Position numbers and translations under genes: made by a program
Part shown: positions 40,225 through 51,232 of the stretch, in pieces
How the letters are laid out: every line of letters begins with the position of its first letter
Numbering within the stretch: the stretch's first letter is position 1
Notes under the pieces: model-generated
The model's database searches: none
What the model saw: only the letters and a program-made list of their open reading frames with translations
Told to the model about the DNA's origin: nothing
Assembly: GCA_002269645.1 (NCBI GenBank)
Contig: NIVC01000767.1
Location: forward strand, 124,001 to 188,000
Length of the DNA stretch: 64,000 nt
From: Macrostomum lignano
Taxonomy: Eukaryota
Reading direction: 5' to 3'

Positions 40225-41630
40225 AATACACTCCTACAGACACGAATGACCATCCTACAGACACGAATGACCCTCCTACAGACACGAATGACCCTCCTAC
40301 AGACACGAATGACCCTCTTACAGACACGAATGACCCTCCTACAGACACGAATGACCCTCCTACAGACACCAATGATCCTCCTACAGACACGAATGACCCT
40401 CCTACAGACACGAATGACCCTCCTACAGACACGAATGACCCTCCTACAGACACGAATGACCCTCTTACAGACACGAATGACCCTCCTACAGACACGAATG
40501 ACCCTCCTACAGACACCAATGATCCTCCTACAGACACGAATGACCCTCCTACAGACACGAATGACCCTCCTACAGACACGAATGACCCTCCTACAGACAC
40601 GAATGACCCTCCTACAGACACGAATGACCCTCCTACAGACACGAATGACCCTCCTACAGACACCAATGATCCTCCTACAGACACGAATGACCCTCCTACA
40701 GACACGAATGACCCTCCTACAGACACGAATGACCCTCCTACAGACACCAATGATCCTCCTACAGACACGAATGACCCTCCTACAGACACGAATGACCCTC
40801 CTACAGACACGAATGACCCTCCTACAGACACGAATGACCCTCCTACAGACACGAATGACCCTCCTACAGACACCAATGATCCTCCTACAGACACGAATGA
40901 CCCTCCTACAGACACGAATGACCCTCCTACAGACACGAATGACCCTCCTACAGACACGAATGACCCTCCTACAGACACGAATGACCCTCCTACAGACACG
41001 AATGACCCTCCTACAGACACGAATGACCCTCCTACAGACACCAATGATCCTCCTACAGACACGAATGACCCTCCTACAGACACGAATGACCCTCCTACAG
41101 ACACGAATGACCCTCCTACAGACACGAATGATCCTCCTACAGACACGAATGACCCTCCTACAGACACGAATGACCCTCTTACAGACACGAATGACCCTCC
41201 TACAGACACGAATGACCCTCCTACAGACACGAATGACCCTCCTACAGACACGAATGACCCTCCTACAGACACGAATGACCCTCCTACAGACACCAATGAT
41301 CCTCCTACAGACACGAATGACCCTCCTACAGACACCAATGACCCTCCTACAGACACGAATGACCCTCCTACAGACACCAATGATCCTCCTACAGACACGA
41401 ATGACCCTCCTACAGACACCAATGATCCTCCTACAGACACGAATGACCCTCCTACAGACACGAATGACCCTCCTACAGACACGAATGACCCTCCTACAGA
41501 CACGAATGACCCTCCTACAGACACGAATGACCCTCCTACAGACACCAATGATCCTCCTACAGACACGAATGACCCTCCTACAGACACGAATGACCCTCCT
41601 ACAGACACGAATGACCCTCCTACAGACACC
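40225..41630. repeat. 21-bp minisatellite upstream of SKP1
   Basis: Unit cctcctacagacacgaatgac. Confidence 0.98.
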
Positions 41631-42179
41631 GATGGCTTGTTAATAGCACTCTTAGTAAATTTTCAAAAGCGAAATAAAATAACGCAAGCAATCAACCATG
41701 GCATGGGATTAAAACAGACGAAAAATTCAAAAACAAATTGCTGAACAAACGGGCAACAACAGTAAATGAATTAGTTTTACAATAGTCATTATTTTGTACT
41801 TAATATTACACTTATAATTAGCAGCGATGAAGAAAAAAGTCGAATTTTACTATGGCGAATTAGCGAAGCAATAAAAATAGCCATTTTTTCACAGGAAGGG
41901 CTGATGCTGACGGTTGCAGAACGGGGAGTCTAACAATTAAACACATTATTAATGGACAATCAAAGCATAAAATCATAGAATTTTTAATTTACACCAATAA
42001 ATCAATTCATTAGTTGTAGACTGTCAATTAACGCGAACAAGTTAGTAGGTTAAGAATACATTTAAGCACAAAAATTCAAAATATACTGGACTATGGGTAT
42101 GGGTGCGACAACTGCTTGATTGTAACTGGCATGTGACGGTTTGTTGAAAGGGAGAAGATAAGAAGGGCAGGCTTGGCTG

Positions 42180-43100
42180 TCTCAAAATCTCATAGCTAAG
42201 CTGGCTGATAACCTCAAAATCTCATAGCTAAGCTGGCTGATAACCTCAAAATCTCATAGCTAAGCTGGCTGATAACCTCAAAATCTCATAGCTAAGCTGG
42301 CTGATAACCTCAAAATCTCATAGCTAAGCTGGCTGATAACCGCATAATCTCATAGCTAAGCTGGCTGATAACCTCGAAATCTCATAGCTAAGCTGGCTGA
42401 TAACCGCAAAATCTCATAGCTAAGCTGGCTGATAAGCGCAAAATCTCATAGCTAAGCTGGCTGATAACCGCAAAATCTCATAGCTAAGCTGGCTGATAAC
42501 CGCAAAATCTCATAGCTAAGCTGGCTGATAACCTCAAAATCTCATAGCTAAGCTGGCTGATAACCTCAAAATCTCATAGCTAAGCTGGCTGATAACCTCA
42601 AAATCTCATAGCTAAGCTGGCTGATAACCTCAAAATCTCATAGCTAAGCTGGCTGATAACCTCAAAATCTCATAGCTAAGCTGGCTGATAACCTCAAAAT
42701 CTCATAGCTAAGCTGGCTGATAACCGCATAATCTCATAGCTAAGCTGGCTGACAAACTCAAAATCTCATAGCTAAGCTGGCTGATAACCGCAAAATTTCA
42801 TAGCTAAGCTGGCTGATAACCGCAAAATCTCAGAGCTAAGCTAGCTGATAACCTCAAAATCTCAGAGCTAGGCTAGCTGATAACCGCAAAATCTCATAGC
42901 TAAGCTAGCTGATAACCGCAAAATCTCATAGCTAAGCTAGCTGATAACCTCAAAATCTCATAGCTAAGCTGGCTGATAACCTCAAAATCTCATAGCTAAG
43001 CTGGCTGATAACCGCAAAATCTCATAGCTAAGCTGGCTGATAACCTCAAAATCTCATAGCTAAGCTGGCTGATAACTGCAAAATCTCATAGCTAAGGTAG
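42180..43100. repeat. 32-bp minisatellite
   Basis: Unit ctcaaaatctcatagctaagctggctgataac. Confidence 0.97.
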
Positions 43101-43589
43101 CTAATGACTAAAAACTCCCAGAAATTTCCAAAATTACATTTACATTTATTGTATAATTACAGATTAGAGAATGCAGGAAAGAGTTTCAAACTCACTATCT
43201 AATCAATGTAATAAACTTAATTTACATAAATATAAAAGCACACAGGGACCGAATTCAATGTTGCAATCGGTCAATTGTACACGCCGCTAATAACCATTTT
43301 TGTACAATTCTTCAACAAAAAACCAAAATTAGAAAAAGCACAATATTTGATGAATTGATTTATTTGTACACTAAATAAGAATAAAGTTATAGCTTGCCAT
43401 TGATAATAAATTACACATATTAATTAATTATATACTTATGTATAGCAGGGAAATGCAGGCTGCTATCATTCACCGCATTATTATATTTTATTAATATAAT
43501 AGTGAACTGGGAGTGCTGAATTTTGCCTACGGATCAAATACAAATGGTACTGAATATCTAAATAATGTGTTCATTTACAGTCTACTTAT

Positions 43590-43790
43590 GCGCTGTCTGT
43601 CTGTCTGTCTATCTATCTATCTGTCTATCTATCTATCTGTCTGTATATCTAGCTGTCTATCTATCTATCTATCTGTCTGTATATCTATCTATCTATCTAT
43701 CTATCTATCTGTCTGTATATCTATCTGTCTGTCTATCTACCTATCTATCTATCCATCTATCTATCCATCTATCTATCTATCTATCTATTT
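43590..43790. repeat. (TCTA/TCTG)n microsatellite
   Basis: Mixed tetranucleotide array. Confidence 0.9.
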
Positions 43791-44062
43791 ATTCGTATGT
43801 GGCTGCTAAAGCCATCTTCTAGGATCTCCGCATGAAATTCCTCAATTCGCTAGACTCACAATTGTAGCGTTTATGCACTTTAAGAGCGCGGGAGCGAATT
43901 CCAAGGAGTCACGGAGTTTTGGTCATACATATTTAATACCTGGCATCCACGTGTTCCTTATCAATAATTTCAATTACAAATTTGACTACTTAATAATGAT
44001 GAACTGTTCGTATCAACGGAGGAAACCAAGCCAGTTTCCTAAGCCACTGAAATCGCAGGCGC

Positions 44063-44530
44063 TCAGTTATCAGCAGCGATTGATGTGACGGCAGGCTCGG
44101 GTGCGTCGCTGACTGGCGGTGCGACGGTTTCGGCAGCGGCTGATGACCGAGCCCGCTTCCGCTCGCCGCCGCCTTCGCTCTCTTTGCTGCTGCTGCTGTC
44201 TCGACTGCCGTCGTTTTTATCGTCGCTACTGTCGTCGCCAGGCGCCGTCAGCGGCTCATTAGCGCGACGCTTCACGCCGGCGCCGGAGGAGGAGGCGGCT
44301 GCAAAACTGCGCATATGTTGCAGACGAGACTGCAGTGCTGAGTTCAATAACTGGGCATCGCCGACAGAATTGAGAACCAGAAGGCAAACCCGCAGGCCGG
44401 CGCCGACGCTGACACCGGCGGATTCGCATTCTTCGATTGATTGCACACTGATGCGAAGGCGCTTAGAGCTGCCAGGCTCGCCAACTAGTTCAACGCTCAT
44501 CTCTGGCCACAGCATTGTGTTTATAATTAC
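44063..44530 (-). CDS. RANBP3: RANBP3-like, last exon
   Basis: Acceptor ttgctcag|GTA, phase 0. VIINTMLWPEM...LRIS continues the RanBD (cf. LILNTKLW), followed by a basic/acidic tail and stop. Confidence 0.88.
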   Translation of the reverse strand, partial: VIINTMLWPEMSVELVGEPGSSKRLRISVQSIEECESAGVSVGAGLRVCLLVLNSVGDAQLLNSALQSRLQHMRSFAAASSSGAGVKRRANEPLTAPGDDSSDDKNDGSRDSSSSKESEGGGERKRARSSAAAETVAPPVSDAPEPAVTSIAADN

Positions 44531-44594
44531 CTGAGCAATGTAATATTTTATTAGTTTTATTAGTTACTCAGCGTTTTTGGCTTCAATCTTTTAT

Positions 44595-46080
44595 CCTTCA
44601 GTCTCTGCTACCCTCCCACTGATCTTTCAGGAGTCTCTGCTACCCTCCCACTGATCTTTCAGGAGTCTCTGCTACCCTCCCACTGATCTTTCAGGAGTCT
44701 CTGCTACCCTCCCACTAATACTTCACGAGTCTCTGCTCTCCGCACACTGATCCTTCAGGAGTCTCTGCTCTCCGCACACTGATCCTTCAGGAGTCTCTGC
44801 TCTCCGCACACTGATCCTTCACGAGTCTCTGGCCAGTGTTGGGCAAGTTACTCAAAAAAAGTAACTTGCGTTACTGTCACTTAAGTTACCAATTTTTAAA
44901 AAGTAACTTACGTTAGCCTAGTAACTTTAGACAAAAACCTGGTAACTTTTAAGTTACTGTCCATTACTCACTTCCGTTACGCATGTTATTAACAAAATTT
45001 TCTGCTTTTTTTACATTGCACATTTTTTCACATTGTTGTTACCGAAATTTGCCATTGGGCATTGGGATTAACAGACAGAGACAGGAATTGGCGACACGAT
45101 GTGAGGCAAGTGAAGGACCAATGGGCAATGGCAATCAATAATTAAAATTATAAATGATAAAATAAACAAATATCAATAATTCAATAGAGTAAAATAAATA
45201 GAACTGTATAAAATGGTGTAGTGTACTGCAGTGCCAGTGGAGGGACTTGTGGAGGCTACAGATGAATTTCTTTCTTTGTTTGTTTGAATCAAACTTGAAA
45301 TTTTTAGTAACTTGAAAATGAAAGGCGAAAATATTTTACCGAAATTAACAAAGTAAAACATGTTTCAAGTATTTCTTCATTAATTAAGCGCAATACCATA
45401 TGATACTATTCACTTAATTTTGAATTTAGGAATGAAAAATGCAAAAACATGTGACAACCGGCTTACTAGCTAAGCGTTTCAGTTTTAAATTTAAATATTG
45501 CGATTGTTGCAAAGTAACTGTAACGGACTTCCGAAATTTGAGTAACTTACCGTTACTCCGTTACTAAAATAAAAAAGTAACTTGCGTTACCATTTGCAAG
45601 TTACTCGGTAACGGAAGTGCCCAACACTGTCTCTGGCTCTCCGCACACTGATCCTTCAGGAGTCTCTGGCTCTCCGCACACTGATCCTTCAGGAGTCTCT
45701 GGCTCTCCGCACACTGATCCTTCAGGAGTCTCTGCTCTCCGCACACTGATCCTTCAGGAGTCTCTGGCTCTCCGCACACTGATCCTTCAGGAGTCTCTGG
45801 CTCTCCGCACACTGATCCTTCAGGAGTCTCTGGCTCTCCGCACACTGATCCTTCAGGAGTCTCTGGCTCTCCGCACACTGATCCTTCAGGAGTCTCTGCT
45901 CTCCGCACACTGATCCTTCAGGAGTCTCTGCTCTCCGCACACTGATCCTTCAGGAGTCTCTGGCTCTCCGCACACTGATCCTTCAGGAGTCTCTGCTACC
46001 CTCCCACTGATCTTTCAGGAGTCTCTGCTACCCTCCCACTGATCTTTCAGGAGTCTCTGCTACCCTCCCACTGATCCTTT
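44595..46080. repeat. ~30-bp minisatellite in the RANBP3 intron, split by the hAT MITE
   Basis: Unit tctct(g)gctctccgcacactgatccttcaggag on both sides of 44834-45629. Confidence 0.93.
44834..45629. mobile_element. Non-autonomous hAT-type DNA transposon (MITE), 796 bp
   Basis: TIR cagtgttgggca / tgcccaacactg; perfect 8-bp TSD tctctggc; many gtaac/gttac subterminal motifs; inserted in the RANBP3 intronic minisatellite. Confidence 0.92.
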
Positions 46081-46178
46081 CATCACATAGATAGATCACA
46101 CCGTCTTTTAGCGACCACCATTCAGCACAACAACCCTTTAGGTCATTAAAGGAGGGGTCAAAAGCACGCGATACTGAC

Positions 46179-47153
46179 CTTAAGACCGCCTTGGCTGCGG
46201 CAAATCAGTCTCGATTTAAGCGGCTGCCGGCCACGTTCGCCAGGCGTTGTTTGCCGATCGTTCAATCGCAAGAAGGCGCGGCCCCGTTCGACCCAAGATT
46301 TGCTAGCGGCATCGAATACGAAAACTCGGCACGGCATGCGGAGCACATTCTCTTCGCCTTCTTCGCCCGTTACCACGGCAACCTGGCTGAACTCGCCAAC
46401 CGCCGATTCCTGCTGCTGCCGACGCTCTAATTCGTACTTCTCTGCGGACGCTTTCAATGCCGACGCGGATTTTTCCTCTTTGGCAGCGGCTGGGACCGGC
46501 TCCGACTTGCCATCAGCCTGGCTGCTGTCGACGGTCTCTTTTGCGTCGCTGTCAACGTCGCTCCTCTGGGCGCCAATTGAGAAGTCGGCGGCAGCGGCCG
46601 CGCCGCTAGCGTCGATTCCAGAGTCGGACGTTTTTGACGAACAGGCGGCATCGGCAAAGGTGGCCAGCGGCGAAGCGGACGCGCCAAACTGTACCACGCG
46701 GCTGGAGAGGTTCTCGCCGAATACGTAGCCGGATCCGCTGCCGCTGCTGGCGCCGCCGCTCTCTAGCGGGCGAACAAATCGGCTAAAATAGTTGCCACCC
46801 TCGCTGCTGCCCCCAGGCCCAGCAGCCTCGCCAGAGTTGGTCCCCGCTGTTGATTTGTCATTATCATTAGTAGCGCTGCTACTACTGCTAGAATTGGCGC
46901 TCCCGCCGCCGTTGCAATTCTTGGCGCTAGTGGCGCCTATACTGGCGCCAATTGTTGCGCCACCAGACGAAGAAACGGGTAGTCGGGGCGGACCAAGGCG
47001 AAATGGCGACACTGTTGACGCCGATAGAGACGATGGAGCAACAAAAACTTTATCGGCAGTTGCAGCCAGGCTTGATGGACGGAAGAAGCTGTCCATAGTG
47101 GGCTGGCTGCCACCGCTGCCTGCACTGTTGCTACTATTGCGCGAGTCTGTCAT
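46179..47153 (-). CDS. RANBP3: RANBP3-like, main exon
   Basis: PFRLGPP and YVFGENL motifs, plus Ran-binding-domain start TGEEGEENVLRMPCRVFVFD...SWVERGR..LRLND...SRLICRSQGGLK. Donor AAG|gtcagt. An acceptor tgcag| lies 6 nt before the ATG, so an upstream coding exon cannot be excluded. Confidence 0.9.
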
Positions 47154-47843
47154 GTGAGCCTGCAGTCAAATTTTCTATGGCTGAAACATATTTGCTACTT
47201 GTTGAATCTGTGATAGTATATAGTTATCACTACAGCAAAAAGTACAGTTGGCAACTATATTAATTTGAACTTGAATATAAAATCGACATTATTGTAAAGT
47301 TAGTTCATAAGCCTAAAGATTAGAATAATAGAACATTGTTACCTATCTACCTACCCAAGAAATATATACTAGCCTAGCTCTACAGCACATGGCGCAAGCT
47401 ATGTCACTCAAAAGTCAATACTAAGCTATAATTTACTGCATATTCTCAAAGATGGTAACCTAATATTGTCAAATATACTATATATACTATACAGTATACA
47501 AGGAGCATGCCCCATTTTTTGTATGATTCATTGTTTGCTATATATATCATTATTAGCTATATATACTATTATTTGCCACATGTAATCTTATCTTTTAGCT
47601 AACCTATTCACTAGACCTACTCTCTAGCTTATCTGTGTATATAGTGTACATGATCTAACTTCCTAGGACCTAGGACATATAATTGCAAAGTAAAGAAAAT
47701 TATATATATATAATATACTTACAACTAAGACTAAGTAAGTACAATATATTTATGGAATTTTATGATTATAATTTAAGAGTATATTATAAAATTTCTTTAT
47801 ATCTACTATAGTTGAGAAGCTATATATATCATTGGGGGTTGTA

Positions 47844-48151
47844 GGGGGTTGTAGCCTAGTGGTTAGGGCGTCGGACTCACGACTTGAAGGTCGGGGGTTC
47901 GATTCCCGATCCCTCTGCAACAATTTGTGTCCTTGAGCAAGACACTTAACTCTGCATTGCTTCAGTTTACCCAGCTGTAAAATGGGTACCAGCATTAGCT
48001 GGGGTAATTGAGGGTGTGTGTGGCGACCCCCCAGTCCTTGGACTGAACAGCCGTACGCAGCCTTCAGATGCGCCGCGCAATAGCTGCGGCTGAGCTGTCG
48101 GTTGCACATCTGCCCATTGGGCAGGTGTAATCAATTATTATTATTATTATT
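47844..48151 (+). mobile_element. tRNA-derived SINE with CORE-like domain, copy A
   Basis: A box tagcctagtgg; B box ggttcgattcc; core tgtgtccttgagcaagacacttaac...cttcagtttacccagctgtaaaatggg; 3' hairpin; (TTA)n tail; possible TSD ttgagaagc (47812-47820 / 48150-48158); second copy at 21.2-21.5 kb. Confidence 0.9.
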
Positions 48152-49084
48152 GAGAAGCAACATGTATACCAGGATTTCCTGGCATACAACAAGGGTCTTA
48201 CCATTCTTTAGTATACACCAGGATATATCCCAGTATACATGACACAGTAGATACATTGTGCCAAATGACAATTTTTTGTATTGGCACACAAACCCAGTAT
48301 ACAAATGAGGTTTTGTCATTTTTTCTGGCATTAAAATTGGCATACACTAATGCATGATCCAAACTATGCTATATCTATTTATAGCTATATGTTAAATATT
48401 TTCTTATAGCCTATCTATATCTTTATTTATAGCTAATATTTTTTCTTTTTTCTTTTTGCCTTTTCCTCTCTTTTCTCCCTTTGCTTTTTTTAGTTGGTTC
48501 TAGAAGAAAGCCTCAATAAATTATTAGCAGTCTTGCTTTATTTAGGGCCTAATAATGACAAACACTGGATAGTTTTTTTATTAGCTTTATTATCTTAACT
48601 TTAGCCTTTTATTACAAACCATAATATGCATATAGACTTAGAATTAAGTCAAGAGCTCTTTATAAAAGTTTTGAAACTAGCAACATTTATTCATTTTAAA
48701 TAATTTAATATTACTTTTTTATCAAATAAATGGCTTTAATGGTCTTTAAATTTCAACTACCTAGGTCTAATAATAGATTTAGGGGAGGTGCACAAGGTAG
48801 GCCTATATATCTTCCATTGAGTTTGTTTTTATTTTTTTTTTCTATTTGGCCCTTAATGTACCTTAGTAATCTATTTGCAACATATATCCTTTATTCAAAA
48901 TTTTCTATATCCACTCCTGATTCAAAGTTTAAGGCATTTTAAGTATCTAAGTTATTAGGCCTACTTATTGAATAGACTAGATATAGGCCTAGCATAGGCC
49001 TAGGAACTATATATAAGAGATATAGGAGGAAGATTCAAGAGAAAACAAAAAAAATCAACATAGGATCTAAGTTTAACTTCCTTA

Positions 49085-49875
49085 ATAGAAGTGCTTATCC
49101 CCACAGACATAGTCCCATGCCAATAATTCCAACTTTATCTACATAGATCTGTGATTCTATGTCAATGATTTTTAGCTTATCCCTTTAGGCTATAGCTAAG
49201 ATTGTGCAATTGTTTGGGTAGTTTTGTGTATTGACGTTAAATTGATATGGTCATTGTTATTAAAACTATTTTGTCATTATTATTACATTTTGAATTTTGA
49301 ATTGTGCAAGTCTCATTTGCATTGATCTTAGGGTCATTTGGTTCAGTTGTTTTAAGCAAAGCCAGCAGCTAAATGAATGTTTAAAATTGACCCTTTTAAT
49401 GACAAAAAGTTTTAAGAAAGTAGGCTCCTACTCACACTAAATTCCCTTAATACTATTTAGTATTCAGTAGTTTATTTGGAAGATTTATAAAACAATAAAA
49501 ACAAAGAGATGGTTTTTGAACAAATTAATTTTAAGGTTCTCTATTCCAATAAGCTGCCATGGGGATAAGCTGAAAATTATCAACATGGATCTGTGTGCAT
49601 AAAATTGGAATTATTGACACAGCCCATAAACTTGAATAGTGGCAGGCAGCAGCTATTTCAATAAGTTGCTATAGGGATAAGCTAGAAATTATTATCACAG
49701 ATCCATGTGAAAAAATTGAATTATTGACACAGCCTATAGACTTGTATGGTGGCAGCTATTTTAAAAAGCTGCTGTGGGATAAGCTGGAAATTATTGACAT
49801 AGATCCATGTGGATAAAATTGGAATTATTGGCACAAGACCATGGGGTCACCGGTCAGGGATAAGTACTTCTTAAA
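49085..49875. mobile_element. Degenerate foldback/MITE-like element
   Basis: 49085-49200 is an inverted copy of 49780-49875 (agaagtgcttatccc / gggataagtacttct). The ~115-bp motif recurs in tandem at 49540-49870. Confidence 0.5.
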
Positions 49876-50239
49876 TTTAATTAATTAAATGACGCATTTC
49901 ACACTAACACTACAAGTAGTCCTAGCCTACAATAGACCTATGCATCTTTAGGTTTATTTGAACTTACAAATAAAAGAAGTAGCCATCTAGAATAGGACAC
50001 ATTTCTTTCTTGACATACATAGCCATGGACATAGTATGGGTTTGCTGACTTTAGGAAGATCCTAGGCCTAGGAATTGTAGAATTAGGTCCAGCCGGCTAC
50101 CTAGGCCTAGCATAAAGGGCTTTGGCCTAGGCTGTACCTACCTAAGGGCCTAGGCTAGGCCCACTTTTTTAAACTAAACTTACAAGCAAGTATTGATAGT
50201 AGGTCTAACTTGGACATAGTCATAGGCCTAGATTATGTT

Positions 50240-50660
50240 CCCACCAATCCGACGCATGCAACTGCGAGCAATAATCTGCCGCCTGCATCTGTTAGGGCTA
50301 GCAATGGACTGAGTAATTTAGACAGTTGAAACCTAGGGTAGGCGTAGGCCTAGGGAAGGGAGCGTCGCGCGTAAGGGGCAGGACTGCACTGTGCCCTGCT
50401 ATTTACAGTTACAGAGTGCTCAATGAAAGTGTTCAGGAAAAGAAAAAATGCATGCATTTGATGTTTTTTATTACCTTATCTGTGTGATACATGTCTTGCT
50501 ATCTCACTCAGCTTCCTTTGTGGTACTTGTTTTAACCAGAAGTTCATGAAACATTTTGGCGCGAATTTGGGTTTCTTTGGTCCAGAATTTTGGTTAATTA
50601 GCTAAGGGCCTGCAGCGAGCTCGCTGCTCGCGCCATGTTTAAACTTTAAAGGATATCAAC
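50240..50660. promoter_or_regulatory. Candidate bidirectional promoter between RANBP3 (-) and GOLGA5 (+)
   Basis: CpG-retaining island inside CpG-void DNA, between divergent genes. Contains CCAAT (50244) and an E2F-consensus site ttttggcgcgaa (50554-50565). Confidence 0.45.
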
Positions 50661-50851
50661 AAATGTTTATTTTTTCGTATCAACAACTCTGGGTTTTTTA
50701 AAGTTGGAAATCCAGTTGCCAATGGCTAGGCCTATTTTTCGTTGCCCATTGGCAACTAGCCAAATTCTCAAGGATGGATATTTCCAAGAATCCAAGGCTA
50801 TGTTTGATTTTAAAAAGCAGAAATTAGTTCTCTTAACTCTAAATCTAAGAT

Positions 50852-51232
50852 CAGGGGCGTAGCCAAGGGGGGGCGGTTATGGGGGTCATGACCCCCCCCC
50901 AGCCGGCTGATCCAAGCCAACTTTTTAGCATCCCCCTCCCCCATTGCAGAGGCCTAGCACCCTCTGCCTGGCTGCCCCCATTTGAACTTTGAAGCTGTGA
51001 GCCTGTGACCATGTGACCCCATACATGCGCAACTTTGGGATTCACTCGGCCGTTTCTATTGGCAACACACGCATGTAAGTCGCTATTGGACAGAACAGTA
51101 GTCACGTGACTGCTCTCAGCCAATAGCGACTTACATGCGTGTGTTGCCAATAGAAACGGCCGGGTGAATCCCAAGGTTGCGCCTAAGCATGCCCCCCCCC
51201 TCCCCCAGAAGGAAATCCTGGCTATGCCACTG
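50852..51232. mobile_element. Non-autonomous hAT-type element, 381 bp
   Basis: Imperfect TIR caggggcgtagcca / tggctatgccactg; 8-bp TSD tctaagat / tttaagat (7/8). Confidence 0.8.
51027..51182. repeat. 156-bp near-perfect palindrome
   Basis: 63-bp arms 51027-51089 and 51120-51182 with 2 mismatches (both G-T); the centre contains the palindrome gtcacgtgac. Confidence 0.95.

Noticed and set aside
40223-41643. 465-468-aa ORFs (VSVGGSF / MTLLQTR)
   Set aside because: Products of a 21-bp tandem repeat.
47844-47920. tRNA gene
   Set aside because: Acceptor stem is imperfect, and the head is fused to a ~230-bp body present in a second diverged copy, so it is a SINE head.
50715-50765. RFX X-box-like gttgcc...ggcaac motifs
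   Set aside because: Spacing does not fit the 14-bp X-box. The motif recurs on both sides of the hAT insertion and may be a remnant of an older element.
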